A DNA stretch of 35,592 nt from a virus. Lineage: Duplodnaviria; Caudoviricetes. The notes below the pieces were generated by a model. That model was not told the origin of the DNA and searched no databases. It was given only the letters and a program-made list of their open reading frames with translations. A program made the translations under genes and the position numbers. Location of the stretch: the IMG/VR virus record IMGVR_UViG_3300021961_000299, positions 1-35,592 of that record, one strand, 5' to 3'. The stretch's first letter is position 1. Every line of letters begins with the position of its first letter. Below, in pieces: positions 6,430 to 16,523 of this stretch.

Positions 6430-8469
6430 CTAGAACGAACCACCATCGATAGTGATATTTTCTAGACTTCTTGTAGTTCCACTACAGGAAATAACTTGTG
6501 ATTGACCAGCACAATCATTGACCCACAGAGAACCAATTTCAAATCCTGCATATGTGATACTACCCATAACGCTGGTAGTTTCTGTAACTTCAGAAGCAAC
6601 TACGATTCTTCCAGCACTGTCGTCCCAGAACATAGCAGCGGTCTTAGCGGAACCGCTGTAGTAATGTAGGACAATACCAACGTCAATGTTTGCGTCGGAA
6701 GAAGGAGCAACAAGTGAACCACCGCTGTTGACTAGACCAACCTCAATCAGAGAATCTTCAACTTTCAGAGTCTCTGTATTGATGATGGACTGAGTTCCAA
6801 GAACGGTGAAGTTTCCGTTAACAGTCAGATCATCAGCAACCGTAACTGTTCCACCAGTTGAATCGAGTGTTAGACCACCAGATGAGGTAGAAACTGTGTT
6901 ACCATCAATGGTTACGTTATCAACAGCAGCGGCACCCGTTACGGTAAGTGTAGTACCATTGAAGGTTAGGTTTCCACTATCCTCTAGTTCTCCAGAGGTT
7001 CCAGCAAGAACAACTCTTCCTGAGGTGAGGTCGCTAATTGCGGCACTGGAGGCGACTAATGCACTACCACCAGATACGTTTAGACCACCGTTGAAGTCAA
7101 CAGCACCAGTTACGGTTAGACCAGCACTAACAACAGCGTCCTTGGTAACTGCGATAGAGTCGGTAACTGTAACATCACCGGTAACTGTGAGAAGTGAACC
7201 GTTGAAGGTTAGGTTTCCGCTGTCCTCAAGAGCACCAGAAGTACCAGCAAGAACAACACGACCAGATGTTAGATCACTAACAGTAGCAGATGAAAGTGTG
7301 GTTTCCGCACCAGAAACATCAAGACCGCCATTGAAGTCAACAGCACCAGTTACGGTGAGAGCAGAACCAACAGAAGCATCTTGAGTTACTGTTAAAGAAT
7401 CACTAACAGTAACATCTGAAGAGAATGTTGATACTCCAGTTACATTAAGACCGCCAGCACCAACTCTTAAACCATTACCACTGTAAGTAAGATTTGCACT
7501 ATCTTCTACAGCACCACCAGTTCCAGCAAGAACAACTCTTCCAGAAGTAAGATCTGTAATTATTGCCGAGTTTACACTCAGATCAGTACCATCATAAGTA
7601 AAGTTTGCATCGTCTTCAAGAGCACCACCAGATCCTGCAATAACAACTCTATTATTTGTTAGATCTTCTACTGTTGCAGAAGCAAGTGTTGCTTCTCCAC
7701 CAATATCTAATCCACCATCAAACGTACCAATACCAGCAAAGTTGGCGTGTCTCCACTGCTTGTTAGCATCTCCACCAACGTCATATGTATTGTCGTCGTT
7801 TGGAACAAGACTTGAAACAAACTCACCAGCAACATTGATATCATCGGTGTTAGCATCACCGAGGTTGATTGTTCCACCCCTAAAAGTTACAACACCAACG
7901 AACTCTGAGTATCCCTGAACGTTTAGGTTTCCACCAACGGTTACGTTCTTATTAACACCAAGACCACCGTCAATTTGGAAAGCACCAGTATTAGCATCTC
8001 CAAGAGTATTGTCGGTAGTATTCGATACCGTGGTGATACCAGAGATATCAATTTCACTGTTGATATCTACAAGTGTCGTATTAAATGTAGCGATGCCAGT
8101 GAATACTGGGTCAGCAGAACCACTTCCCCATGATAGATTTCCGTTTCCGTCATTAGTGAGGACGGTATTGGAAATACCCTGTGTTCCGGGGAAAGTGTAA
8201 GTTACGATACCAGCAAGAGATGCTGGAGCAGCAAGACTGATATAATCCGAACCGTTTGAACTTCCTTCAACAAGGTTGACTGCAGAACCAGTGCTAGCAG
8301 TCTCTACTCTCCAGAATCTAGATGAACCAACGAATTTATTGGTTGACGTTTCTGATGTTAAACCGACATAAAGATCGTATCTATCGGTTGTAAACCCGGG
8401 TTCACCTGCCCTCAATCCTGGGAGATTACTAAAAAGACCCCTCTTAAACTGTAATACAGGAGCAGCCAT
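6430..8469 (-). CDS. Putative fibre protein (679 aa) with internal repeats
   Basis: N-terminal LQFKRG..LP..L..GEPGFTTD typical of fibre attachment modules; Gly/Thr/Ser/Val-rich beta-strand repeats; lies just upstream of the neck genes. Confidence 0.75.
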   Translation of the reverse strand: MAAPVLQFKRGLFSNLPGLRAGEPGFTTDRYDLYVGLTSETSTNKFVGSSRFWRVETASTGSAVNLVEGSSNGSDYISLAAPASLAGIVTYTFPGTQGISNTVLTNDGNGNLSWGSGSADPVFTGIATFNTTLVDINSEIDISGITTVSNTTDNTLGDANTGAFQIDGGLGVNKNVTVGGNLNVQGYSEFVGVVTFRGGTINLGDANTDDINVAGEFVSSLVPNDDNTYDVGGDANKQWRHANFAGIGTFDGGLDIGGEATLASATVEDLTNNRVVIAGSGGALEDDANFTYDGTDLSVNSAIITDLTSGRVVLAGTGGAVEDSANLTYSGNGLRVGAGGLNVTGVSTFSSDVTVSDSLTVTQDASVGSALTVTGAVDFNGGLDVSGAETTLSSATVSDLTSGRVVLAGTSGALEDSGNLTFNGSLLTVTGDVTVTDSIAVTKDAVVSAGLTVTGAVDFNGGLNVSGGSALVASSAAISDLTSGRVVLAGTSGELEDSGNLTFNGTTLTVTGAAAVDNVTIDGNTVSTSSGGLTLDSTGGTVTVADDLTVNGNFTVLGTQSIINTETLKVEDSLIEVGLVNSGGSLVAPSSDANIDVGIVLHYYSGSAKTAAMFWDDSAGRIVVASEVTETTSVMGSITYAGFEIGSLWVNDCAGQSQVISCSGTTRSLENITIDGGSF
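6946..7668 (-). repeat. Intragenic repeats: four copies of DLTSGRVVLAGTxGxLEDSxNLTFxG, including an approximately 80-aa tandem duplication
   Basis: Identical 26-mers at 7091-7116 and 7331-7356 (240 bp apart); identical 17-mers at 6959-6975 and 7202-7218 (243 bp apart). Confidence 0.85.
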
Positions 8470-8491
8470 TTTTTAACTTTACCTTTTTATG

Positions 8492-8499
8492 TATTTATC
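8492..8499 (-). promoter_or_regulatory. Late promoter GATAAATA upstream of the fibre gene
   Basis: The + strand reads TATTTATC in the intergenic gap, followed on the minus strand by an AAGGT SD-like sequence and ATG 8469. Confidence 0.7.
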
Positions 8500-8511
8500 T
8501 TATAATAAAGT

Positions 8512-8748
8512 TCAAAAACTACCATAATCGATTACATCGTCAGATACGGCGTCAGCAAGATCTAGTATTTCTGCTGGAGTGACGTGTATGTATTTATTTG
8601 TTGTAGAATCATACATTAAAAGTGTATAATTCGCCTTGTCAGTCGCATCAATATCAGTCAAATCTCCAACAGCAGCTGTTGAAGATCTATTAGAGGCAAT
8701 GACTTTGATTCCCTCTCTTTGACCTACCCTTACCTTAATGTTTGCCAT
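8512..8748 (-). CDS. Small structural/adaptor-like protein (78 aa) ending VIDYGSF
   Basis: Translationally coupled to the upstream ORF (TAATG); DLTDID and YIHV elements resemble fibre-associated peptides. Confidence 0.75.
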   Translation of the reverse strand: MANIKVRVGQREGIKVIASNRSSTAAVGDLTDIDATDKANYTLLMYDSTTNKYIHVTPAEILDLADAVSDDVIDYGSF

Positions 8749-9086
8749 TAGCGAGTAACTCCCTTACTTACTAACACCATTCCCTCAACAACTCTGGTCA
8801 TATATGAAGCAGAATTTGTAACAACTACATCATAAACATACCTACCTTCTTTTAGGTTTGCTGTTTGTGATGTGGATAATCCAATTGTAATTTGCCCAGT
8901 ACTACTTCCAGTAACAGTAGAGGTAAATGTAGTTACACCAGTAGCACTTGGGTGTTTTCTCATCTCAGATTTAACCGTATACCCATTCAAATTCAGTGCA
9001 GAATTAGTTCCAGCATCTTCTAGCGTGAAAACTTGACTAAAATCAGTTCCACCATTGATAACAATATTACTAACGTAAACAGACAT
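8748..9086 (-). CDS. Small beta-sandwich-like virion protein (112 aa)
   Basis: Pattern IxxGTDFSQxFTL...L.GY...MRK...ITIGL...QTA.L..GRYVYDV...RVVEG, common in myovirus structural regions; has its own late promoter. Confidence 0.8.
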   Translation of the reverse strand: MSVYVSNIVINGGTDFSQVFTLEDAGTNSALNLNGYTVKSEMRKHPSATGVTTFTSTVTGSSTGQITIGLSTSQTANLKEGRYVYDVVVTNSASYMTRVVEGMVLVSKGVTR

Positions 9087-9108
9087 CTTATCAAATGGTC
9101 TTTACAAG

Positions 9109-9116
9109 TATTTATG
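9109..9116 (-). promoter_or_regulatory. Late promoter CATAAATA overlapping the upstream stop codon
   Basis: The + strand reads TATTTATG, 22 nt upstream of ATG 9086. Confidence 0.65.
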
Positions 9117-9291
9117 CTAAACCAGAGATAGCAAAATTCTTAATAACTTCTTGTTGTTTCAGATAAAGTTTAAAATAAGACTTAGCGAAGTTTTTTAGTT
9201 CATCAACGTCTAACTCATCAATAAGTCGAGAGTACTTTTCGTACTCAAACATTTTATTCATCGACTCTAGTTGAATTTTGTCTGGGTCCAT
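9112..9291 (-). CDS. Hypothetical protein (59 aa, MDPDKIQLESMNKMFEYEK...)
   Basis: ORF 9112..9324; start moved to ATG 9291, which has GGAG about 8 nt upstream. Confidence 0.75.
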   Translation of the reverse strand: MDPDKIQLESMNKMFEYEKYSRLIDELDVDELKNFAKSYFKLYLKQQEVIKNFAISGLA

Positions 9292-9475
9292 TGATGATCT
9301 CCATAAGTAGGGATTTAATTTCACTAATATCTTCTTTTATCTGATCGATTTCCTCTCTTTGTTTTTTCTTTTCTGCTCTCAATTTAACATATTGTAAATA
9401 CTCCGCAGTATCAGTATTTACAATAGCACCTGAGTCTTCACGAAACAGGTGCTTATGACCTTCAACTCTCTTCAT
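9254..9475 (-). CDS. Hypothetical protein (73 aa) with C-terminal coiled coil
   Basis: KRVEGHKHLFRE.SGAIVNTD motif then heptad repeats; starts 1 nt after the stop of the large upstream gene. Confidence 0.8.
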   Translation of the reverse strand: MKRVEGHKHLFREDSGAIVNTDTAEYLQYVKLRAEKKKQREEIDQIKEDISEIKSLLMEIINGPRQNSTRVDE

Positions 9476-9476
9476 A

Positions 9477-12400
9477 TTATGCTAGGGCAATAGTTCTCAG
9501 ATCCTTGAATCTTGGGGATTTTGCTTCATTTGTTCCGTTCATAACGATCTTGATTCTGAAAGCATTGAACTGCTCAAGTTCATCAGCACTAAACTGATAC
9601 TCAAGGAACTCACCATCATTACTTGCGCGTACAAATGCGTCCGCTCTACCACTATTTAATGTAGAATCAACAACGGAATCTCCATAACCATCACCATCAG
9701 TATCCTTCAGGTTATCATAACCTGGGAATAGTTCATATGCCTGCTCAACTCCATTTGAATCTGCTCTAAAGAGTTGATAAAGAACTCTAAAGTCTGCAGA
9801 AGAGTGGCGATAGGCAGAAACAAGAACCTTGAGTGATGTCGCTGGTTGCTTCAGTCTAACTATGCTTGTAGCATAAACTGCGCTATGTGGATCCTCTTGT
9901 ACAAGATTGACCCTACCATCAAACGCATAATCACTAACTGGGTTATTCAGTCTATTTCTACCAAATACAATGGATGCTGTGGAAACATTAACAGCAGGAG
10001 AAAGGTTTGCATCTGCTGTCTGCATTGTTAGACCAAGTGTGAATGACTTGTTCTTTGGTAGAGATGTTAATCTCGTTGTTTCGTTGATTTGTGAAGCAAC
10101 CATTCTAGAAGTGGTCAATTCATTTACATTGTTAAGTTCGATAGTTTCATATCCCTGGTCAGTAAATGATACTTCAGAACCACCAGCACTTGTAGCAGAA
10201 ACCGTTCTGATTTGTGCTGAGAGTGATGTACTTTCACCTGGAGTTAAGACACTGAATTGTGGATCAACTCTATTATATTGAACGTTCTTAGTTGCAGAAG
10301 CATCCTTTCCACCAACAGTATTCTCATCGGTGAAACTTAACTGACTGTCTCCAGAAGTTCTAGTTCCACGATCAATTTGTAGGTGATAAGTATCAAAGTC
10401 TCTTAGTGACTTGAGAGCAGTGTCTGATGGTAGGTTATGTTGAGTATTGATTCTGGTGAGAGAGATACCATTTAACTCATATGGATACACTTTATCACTA
10501 ATGTTGTGCGTTCTAATCAAAGAACTATCAATTCCTCTAGTTCCAATACCAAGTGTACCAGCTCCGCCGCCGCCAGCAACGATAGAGTTGTAGAAGATAA
10601 TCTCATTATTTACTTTCAAGTAACCTTGAGAAGTTGAGATACCTTCGAACGTTGCAAATAGTGATGTATTAGCAACCGAAATAGTGGTATCGCTAATAGC
10701 AAGTTCGGCATTCAGTGTGGTTGGAATTGTATCTGGTGCTAGATCAGCAAGAACAACGACGTTATTGTCGGCGTGCATTCCATGATTTGCCTGAGTTACT
10801 TCAATAACTCTTCCATCATAAAGGTTGCTAATAACGTCAGAGTCACGGATATCAGTATTAGCATAAGCAACAGCAGTGCTTGCATCACTGTAAACAACCA
10901 AGTCTTGACCAGCAGTAAACTCTTCACCCTGAACATTTGTTAGATACAGGGTATCTTTTCCAGTCAGAGTAGCAACAGAAATCTGTGCGTTCTTACCTTT
11001 CACAACGCTTGAAGTGGTAATGCCTAGGATGTCTCCAACAACATATCCATTTCCAGCAAGGGTGATAGTTGGTGTTCCTGATACAGCACCACCAGAGAAG
11101 GTGATCGAAGCAGTAGCACCACTTCCATTACCTGTGACTGAATATAGAGGAACATCAGTAAACGTGCCTGTGCTATATCCAGCACCAACTCTATTTACGG
11201 AAACTGTATTGAGGTTTCCACCAACTTGCTCAATGTATCCACTGATAGCAGAGGCAGTTGTACTATCACTTACCTTCTTACCGATAGTAAGAATACTATC
11301 CATAGAAGTGGTAGTTGTAATACCAACCTTCAGTTTTCTTGGTAAAGTCTTGATTGAGTTTTCATTAAGTTTACCGACATTTGTGTCTCTGGTTCCCAAT
11401 GATGGGTTGTAGAAGTATGCTACACCAGGAGTTGTGGTAAACTCTGCCTTATAAAGTTTGAACTTGAGATCTTCAAACTGGTTAGCAGTCCAAATAGTAC
11501 CATTTTGAGACTTAAAGAGACTTCCTCCAACATATTGCTTGGTAGCAATGACGCTTTCGGCATCAGGTAGAGTTGAAGTGTTTACAGTCTTCTCACCCAT
11601 TCTAGCGATCCAGACCTCATAAAGATCTGAATATGGTGAAAGAAGAACTACAGCATACTCAGTATCTGCTTCCAGGTAAACTGGTGATGGGAATTTAATG
11701 TTAGTTGCTACCGAAGCATCTCTTGATGTCTGGATTTCGGATGGATCAAGAGTAACTCTTGAGTATTCTGTTACAAGATTCTTTGTAGGAATACCCAGTT
11801 CAACTGTTCTCAGTTCAACGAAGAGTTTTTCACTGTCGTCTTTGTTGGCGAAGAATACATCAATACCAGTCATGAATGCACCACTTTCATCAACAGTGAA
11901 TGACTGCGCTAGTGGGTCATATCTTTCAACTTCAGTGATTCTCTCAAAGATGTTGATTCTACCAGTGGTTGTATAGTTTGTTTCAGCACTACTGATAAGT
12001 GTACTTCCAGGTAGTTGTGCCTCGTTAGTAGCACTAGAAGTCAGTCTGAAGGTCTTAGTACCAGTGGTGAATCTTAGTGGGGGTGGTGGCGATGCTAGTG
12101 GGTTCCTGAAGAACATAGAACCATAGATATCACCAAACGTATCGGCAACGAGTCTGATATTTGCTACCGATGCTTGAGCACCACTTGTTTCGCCAAGAAG
12201 TACCATTCCAGTTGTAAGATATCCATTATACTTACCAAGAACTTCTTCCTGAAGTGCTTCAACGTCAACGTTTAGAACGGTAGAAGAAGCGGAGTATGAA
12301 GTTGGAAGAGTAATAGACTTATTGTATGGGTTCAGACTGAAGGTAGTTGTTGGACTTCCACCTGGTCCAGTCTTGTGATTGGGTTGAACAACTCTACATG

Positions 12401-15400
12401 TGAATAGATTTGATCCACCAACATAACCTCTTACAGTCTCACCGACCTGGAATACGCCAGAGGTCATGGTGATTTCTACAAGTTTTGGAACGATATCCAG
12501 ACCACTTGTGCTATCGAAGAAGTGGTAGTGTCTTGCTAGAGGTCTAAGACCAATAGCCTTGAACAGTACGTTTCTTGAGCGAATGTGTGGATCTGGTGTA
12601 GAAGAAGATAGAACCGTTCTTGATCCAACAACTCTTGTAGCACCACCAGAACCACCAACGGTTCTAGTTCCACCGTCTCTAACAATGGTTCTTGTCCAAC
12701 TATCAGTCTTTGGACTTAGTTCGATAGCACCATTGAACTCAATGACGTTGAATGGGTTGACGTTTTCAACTCTAGTTGCTAGAGGTTGTTCAATCCATGA
12801 CTTTTCAGTGTACTTGAGGGTGATTAGATCACCAGTCTTTTGAACATTCGAGTCGAGTAGACTTAAATCTTCACTGAAGTTAGCAGTCTCCAGATTAATC
12901 GATGGGTCAAGTGCTGGTTGTGGTGATAGTGAATGGAAATCAATAGGAGTGATTAGTTCATTATCAGCAGTATCAATATCAGCAGTTGTTTGTGCTCTAT
13001 CTAATCTCTGATTATCTTTGAAGTCATCGACAAAGAAACCAGACTTATATCTATCCAAACCATCAACATCTCTGACTTGTAAAGTCTTGGTGTTAAGTTC
13101 AAGGAGTGAAAGTGAAGTTACAGTCTCAAGATTTTCGACTCTATCTTCAATCTTTCCAATATCTCTCATGGTATATCTTCTATTATCAACAACAGTAACC
13201 ACTGCGTCACTGGTGTCGTAGAGATATGCTGGTAGAGAAATTGTTCCAATCTCCATAGCATCATCACTGTTTGATGGTGCCTTTGGATTTTCTGCAGATG
13301 CTCCTTTGATTATGTTGAAAGCACCTTCTTTGTTCAGTACTACCTTATCAATTCTTGGTAAGTAGAAGTCGTATCCAATTAGAGAACTTTCGTTAGGTGC
13401 AACAACCAATGTTGGGTTAATACCAGCAGTTGCAAATGTTCTACTATCAAAATCAAATGGAGATGTTGTTGTTGAAGTGAACTGAGCAACTCTTGGTCTG
13501 AAGTCAAGAGTATCAGTTGCTCTTCTACCATCACTCATTAGAGGGATGTCGGTTGTATATCTATCGGAAGTATATGAGTTTACCGTATAGAGGTTACCAG
13601 CATCATTTGTAGGAATAGTATAGTGGTTGAATATAATTAACAGTCTATGGGAAGGAATATAGTTATCACTTCCTCTAACAATTCTAGCGTAGTCGTAGAA
13701 TTGATCTCTAACACCCTTATCTAAGGTATACTTAGTTGTAATGTCTTGATAGTTTCCTTCATTTACTGCCTGAACAGTTGAGATAATATTCGATTCTCCA
13801 AATGTAGCAACTTCACCAACAACAAACTTGTTAGCGTTTAGATAGACAATCTCAACTTTAGTTGCAGAGGATCTTGTTACTACCTGAGCAATAGCACCGC
13901 TAGTAGAACCAACGACTCTTTCACCAAGAATTGAGTTTGTATCTAATCCAAGACCAGATGGGAATTCAATAGAATCTAAAGTTGGAGCAGAAGTATCATA
14001 GGACTCATATATTGCTAGAACTTCTACAACATCAGGTAAATTCAGACAGATTTCTTTATCTTCAACTCTTGTACCATAGAAAGCACTTTCTGTAAGACCA
14101 CTGATTGCAGTAGATATTCCAGAATTGGTGTTAATAACACTAACCTTTTCACTTCTTGTGAAGTTCTTGGTCTTGCTTGTGATTGAGTTCTTCTTGACTG
14201 TAGTATTAACAGTTACGTTGGATGATAGTGATGGAGTTAGACCAGTAAAGGTGATTGTCTGACCATTTGAACCAAGAGAAACCTGGTCGGAGGTCAAATC
14301 TTCAATACTTCCATCAGCATAGAAAACAGAGTATCTTTCAGTATCAAATGTTTCAAAGAAAGCACTGCTGATTCCTGTTGAAGAAACATTAATTGTTAGT
14401 GATCCTGTTGAACTTGTAGTTTGTTGCTTTAACTGACTGGATACTAGTAGATTTGAACCAGCAAGATTAACAGAGGCAATATTTTCTTCTTCTAATGGTG
14501 CAAAGAGACCACCATTATCTTGAACTAGTGGTACGCCAATAGAGAACGTAACATCGGTATTAGAACCAGGAAGAGCACCGTTACAGACACCACTGATGCT
14601 TTCTACAGCGGCAACAGTCATTGTGTTGTCGTTATTTACACTAACAACTCTGTTGAATGTCTCATCAGCAGTACCAGATATCTGATATCTGATGATAGTA
14701 TCACTCTTAATACCAACAAAGTTCTTGCCTGGGCAACTTACTGCACCAGCACTAGTGATTCTGATTGTATCAGCAATACCGAAGTTCTTAGGAAGTTTTC
14801 TTTGAAGAACTAGGTCACCAATAAAATCAAGACTCATATCACTATCGATAGTATTAGAGTCTTGGTATAATGATTTTACATCTTGAATACCCCAAGATTT
14901 AACACTCTTGATAGTTCTTGAAACTTCTTTGGTTTCATTGATAAGAATTTGCTCACCTTCTATGAAGGTTCCAGATGTTTGAGAAATCTGAATCGTTGCA
15001 CTTCCACCTGGGTTTGTAGTAAGATATCCAGATGCACCACTACTTACACCTCTAACATAAGAGCTAGCAGGAACTTCTGCATTAGTTACAGATTGGTTTA
15101 GGGTTAGTTGTGTATATGTCTGAACATCGAACAAATACAAATCCCACTCTGAAGCATCATTAGAATATGCAGCGTCAGTCAAACTGAATGAATAAACTCT
15201 TGCCTCACCAATTTCAGTTCCAGTTGCAGCAGTAGAAGATGAACCTCTTCTTTGATTCTGAAGTTTGACGATATTTGAGTTGTTATTGACGCCAAGGATA
15301 GGTGTTCCTTGAACGTTATTCAATCTCATCAGAGTTCCAAACTCAAATGGAACAAGCGCTGATGAAATAGATTTCTTATCTCTTGGTTTTTCTACATCAA

Positions 15401-16520
15401 TATTAGTTGTAGAAATAGTTTCAATATCGTATCCCTTTACATAAGCTCTTCCAGGAGATACTTTTACGGTCAATAGATCTTCTGATGGTGTATTACCTTG
15501 ATCAGTGCTTTGACCTGAGGTATATACTCCACCGTTTGATAGTCCATTATTCAATGACTCACTTACTTCTACACTGAATTCATCTACAGCATAATCCCCA
15601 GACTCTTCGAAAGTTCTCTTAGCGAAGTAGTCTCTGATTAAATTATAACTTGACTTATTCTGTAACTTTTTGATTTGTCCATTTTCAATTCTAATCAGTT
15701 CAACGAATGTCTTGTCGTCAAAATCTGTTAGAAGTTTTTTGGATAAAGTTAGAGAAATCTTTAATCTATCAGCACCTGGTGCTGCATAGTTGGAATATCC
15801 CTTAGCATTATCATATAGTGAATTATCATCCTTAGCAGTTACAAGTTCTTCAATAATGGTGAGACCAACTCTATATGAAGAATCTGCTCTATATGCGTCA
15901 AGAACAATCTTATCTTTTGCTACGTCTACAAATGTTCCTCTGATGAAATATACACCATCGGCAATACCTACAGAAGTACCAACTGCAGTAGCATCTTGAT
16001 CTATTAGAGATGCAACAGTTTCTCCAGCATTTACTGTAGTATTTCCATAAGTGAATCCTGATTCTGTGATGAGAACTTCACCATCATTAAATGGAACTAC
16101 TTCGCCAGCGTTGTCGGCATTTAGATACCTTACAAACAACGTTAGGTTTGTAATCCCTTCAGATTCTGATACGTCTAACCACTTATCGACAGTAGCAATG
16201 ACTCCAGAGGTTTGTCCTCTGAGTTTCTTACCAACTAAATTACTTGCGTAGATGTTAACATCAATACCCAAGTGGTCAGAGTTGAGTTTTACTGAGTTAT
16301 AATTAGCATCAAAGGTTACCCCACCAGGGATAACCATAGAACCTTCTTTAAAGATATGACTTCCAAACGATTCTATCTGATTTTGTAAGATAGACTGGAG
16401 AGTTGTTAGTTCTCTCGCCTGGATTGGATATCCTGGTTTAAATAAAACCCTGTAGAAATTATCATACTTGTCAAAGTCATCATAATAAGGGTTTATATTG
16501 AGATTCGTTTTCTGTGGCAT
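9477..16520 (-). CDS. Large virion structural protein, DUF4815/VrlC-like (2347 aa)
   Basis: N-terminal NLNINPYYDDFD..NFYRVLFKPGYPIQARELTTLQSILQNQI; internal RRYTMRDIGKIEDRVENLE, KSGFFVDDF, DPLAQSF, GSLFKSQNG.IW, EDLKFKLY; C-terminal PRFKDLRTIALA. Confidence 0.88.
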   Translation of the reverse strand: MPQKTNLNINPYYDDFDKYDNFYRVLFKPGYPIQARELTTLQSILQNQIESFGSHIFKEGSMVIPGGVTFDANYNSVKLNSDHLGIDVNIYASNLVGKKLRGQTSGVIATVDKWLDVSESEGITNLTLFVRYLNADNAGEVVPFNDGEVLITESGFTYGNTTVNAGETVASLIDQDATAVGTSVGIADGVYFIRGTFVDVAKDKIVLDAYRADSSYRVGLTIIEELVTAKDDNSLYDNAKGYSNYAAPGADRLKISLTLSKKLLTDFDDKTFVELIRIENGQIKKLQNKSSYNLIRDYFAKRTFEESGDYAVDEFSVEVSESLNNGLSNGGVYTSGQSTDQGNTPSEDLLTVKVSPGRAYVKGYDIETISTTNIDVEKPRDKKSISSALVPFEFGTLMRLNNVQGTPILGVNNNSNIVKLQNQRRGSSSTAATGTEIGEARVYSFSLTDAAYSNDASEWDLYLFDVQTYTQLTLNQSVTNAEVPASSYVRGVSSGASGYLTTNPGGSATIQISQTSGTFIEGEQILINETKEVSRTIKSVKSWGIQDVKSLYQDSNTIDSDMSLDFIGDLVLQRKLPKNFGIADTIRITSAGAVSCPGKNFVGIKSDTIIRYQISGTADETFNRVVSVNNDNTMTVAAVESISGVCNGALPGSNTDVTFSIGVPLVQDNGGLFAPLEEENIASVNLAGSNLLVSSQLKQQTTSSTGSLTINVSSTGISSAFFETFDTERYSVFYADGSIEDLTSDQVSLGSNGQTITFTGLTPSLSSNVTVNTTVKKNSITSKTKNFTRSEKVSVINTNSGISTAISGLTESAFYGTRVEDKEICLNLPDVVEVLAIYESYDTSAPTLDSIEFPSGLGLDTNSILGERVVGSTSGAIAQVVTRSSATKVEIVYLNANKFVVGEVATFGESNIISTVQAVNEGNYQDITTKYTLDKGVRDQFYDYARIVRGSDNYIPSHRLLIIFNHYTIPTNDAGNLYTVNSYTSDRYTTDIPLMSDGRRATDTLDFRPRVAQFTSTTTSPFDFDSRTFATAGINPTLVVAPNESSLIGYDFYLPRIDKVVLNKEGAFNIIKGASAENPKAPSNSDDAMEIGTISLPAYLYDTSDAVVTVVDNRRYTMRDIGKIEDRVENLETVTSLSLLELNTKTLQVRDVDGLDRYKSGFFVDDFKDNQRLDRAQTTADIDTADNELITPIDFHSLSPQPALDPSINLETANFSEDLSLLDSNVQKTGDLITLKYTEKSWIEQPLATRVENVNPFNVIEFNGAIELSPKTDSWTRTIVRDGGTRTVGGSGGATRVVGSRTVLSSSTPDPHIRSRNVLFKAIGLRPLARHYHFFDSTSGLDIVPKLVEITMTSGVFQVGETVRGYVGGSNLFTCRVVQPNHKTGPGGSPTTTFSLNPYNKSITLPTSYSASSTVLNVDVEALQEEVLGKYNGYLTTGMVLLGETSGAQASVANIRLVADTFGDIYGSMFFRNPLASPPPPLRFTTGTKTFRLTSSATNEAQLPGSTLISSAETNYTTTGRINIFERITEVERYDPLAQSFTVDESGAFMTGIDVFFANKDDSEKLFVELRTVELGIPTKNLVTEYSRVTLDPSEIQTSRDASVATNIKFPSPVYLEADTEYAVVLLSPYSDLYEVWIARMGEKTVNTSTLPDAESVIATKQYVGGSLFKSQNGTIWTANQFEDLKFKLYKAEFTTTPGVAYFYNPSLGTRDTNVGKLNENSIKTLPRKLKVGITTTTSMDSILTIGKKVSDSTTASAISGYIEQVGGNLNTVSVNRVGAGYSTGTFTDVPLYSVTGNGSGATASITFSGGAVSGTPTITLAGNGYVVGDILGITTSSVVKGKNAQISVATLTGKDTLYLTNVQGEEFTAGQDLVVYSDASTAVAYANTDIRDSDVISNLYDGRVIEVTQANHGMHADNNVVVLADLAPDTIPTTLNAELAISDTTISVANTSLFATFEGISTSQGYLKVNNEIIFYNSIVAGGGGAGTLGIGTRGIDSSLIRTHNISDKVYPYELNGISLTRINTQHNLPSDTALKSLRDFDTYHLQIDRGTRTSGDSQLSFTDENTVGGKDASATKNVQYNRVDPQFSVLTPGESTSLSAQIRTVSATSAGGSEVSFTDQGYETIELNNVNELTTSRMVASQINETTRLTSLPKNKSFTLGLTMQTADANLSPAVNVSTASIVFGRNRLNNPVSDYAFDGRVNLVQEDPHSAVYATSIVRLKQPATSLKVLVSAYRHSSADFRVLYQLFRADSNGVEQAYELFPGYDNLKDTDGDGYGDSVVDSTLNSGRADAFVRASNDGEFLEYQFSADELEQFNAFRIKIVMNGTNEAKSPRFKDLRTIALA

Positions 16521-16523
16521 TTT

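Noticed and set aside
6946-7668. Possible diversity-generating retroelement template/variable repeat pair in the fibre gene
   Set aside because: Both copies are in-frame coding, differences are not adenine-specific, and there is no reverse transcriptase in the window.
8591-8598. AATAAATA inside the 78-aa gene (and GATAAATA at 3996-4003 inside gp14)
   Set aside because: Both match the late consensus but coincide with common Asn/Asp-Lys-Tyr codons in AT-rich coding DNA; they cannot be distinguished from chance without start-site data.
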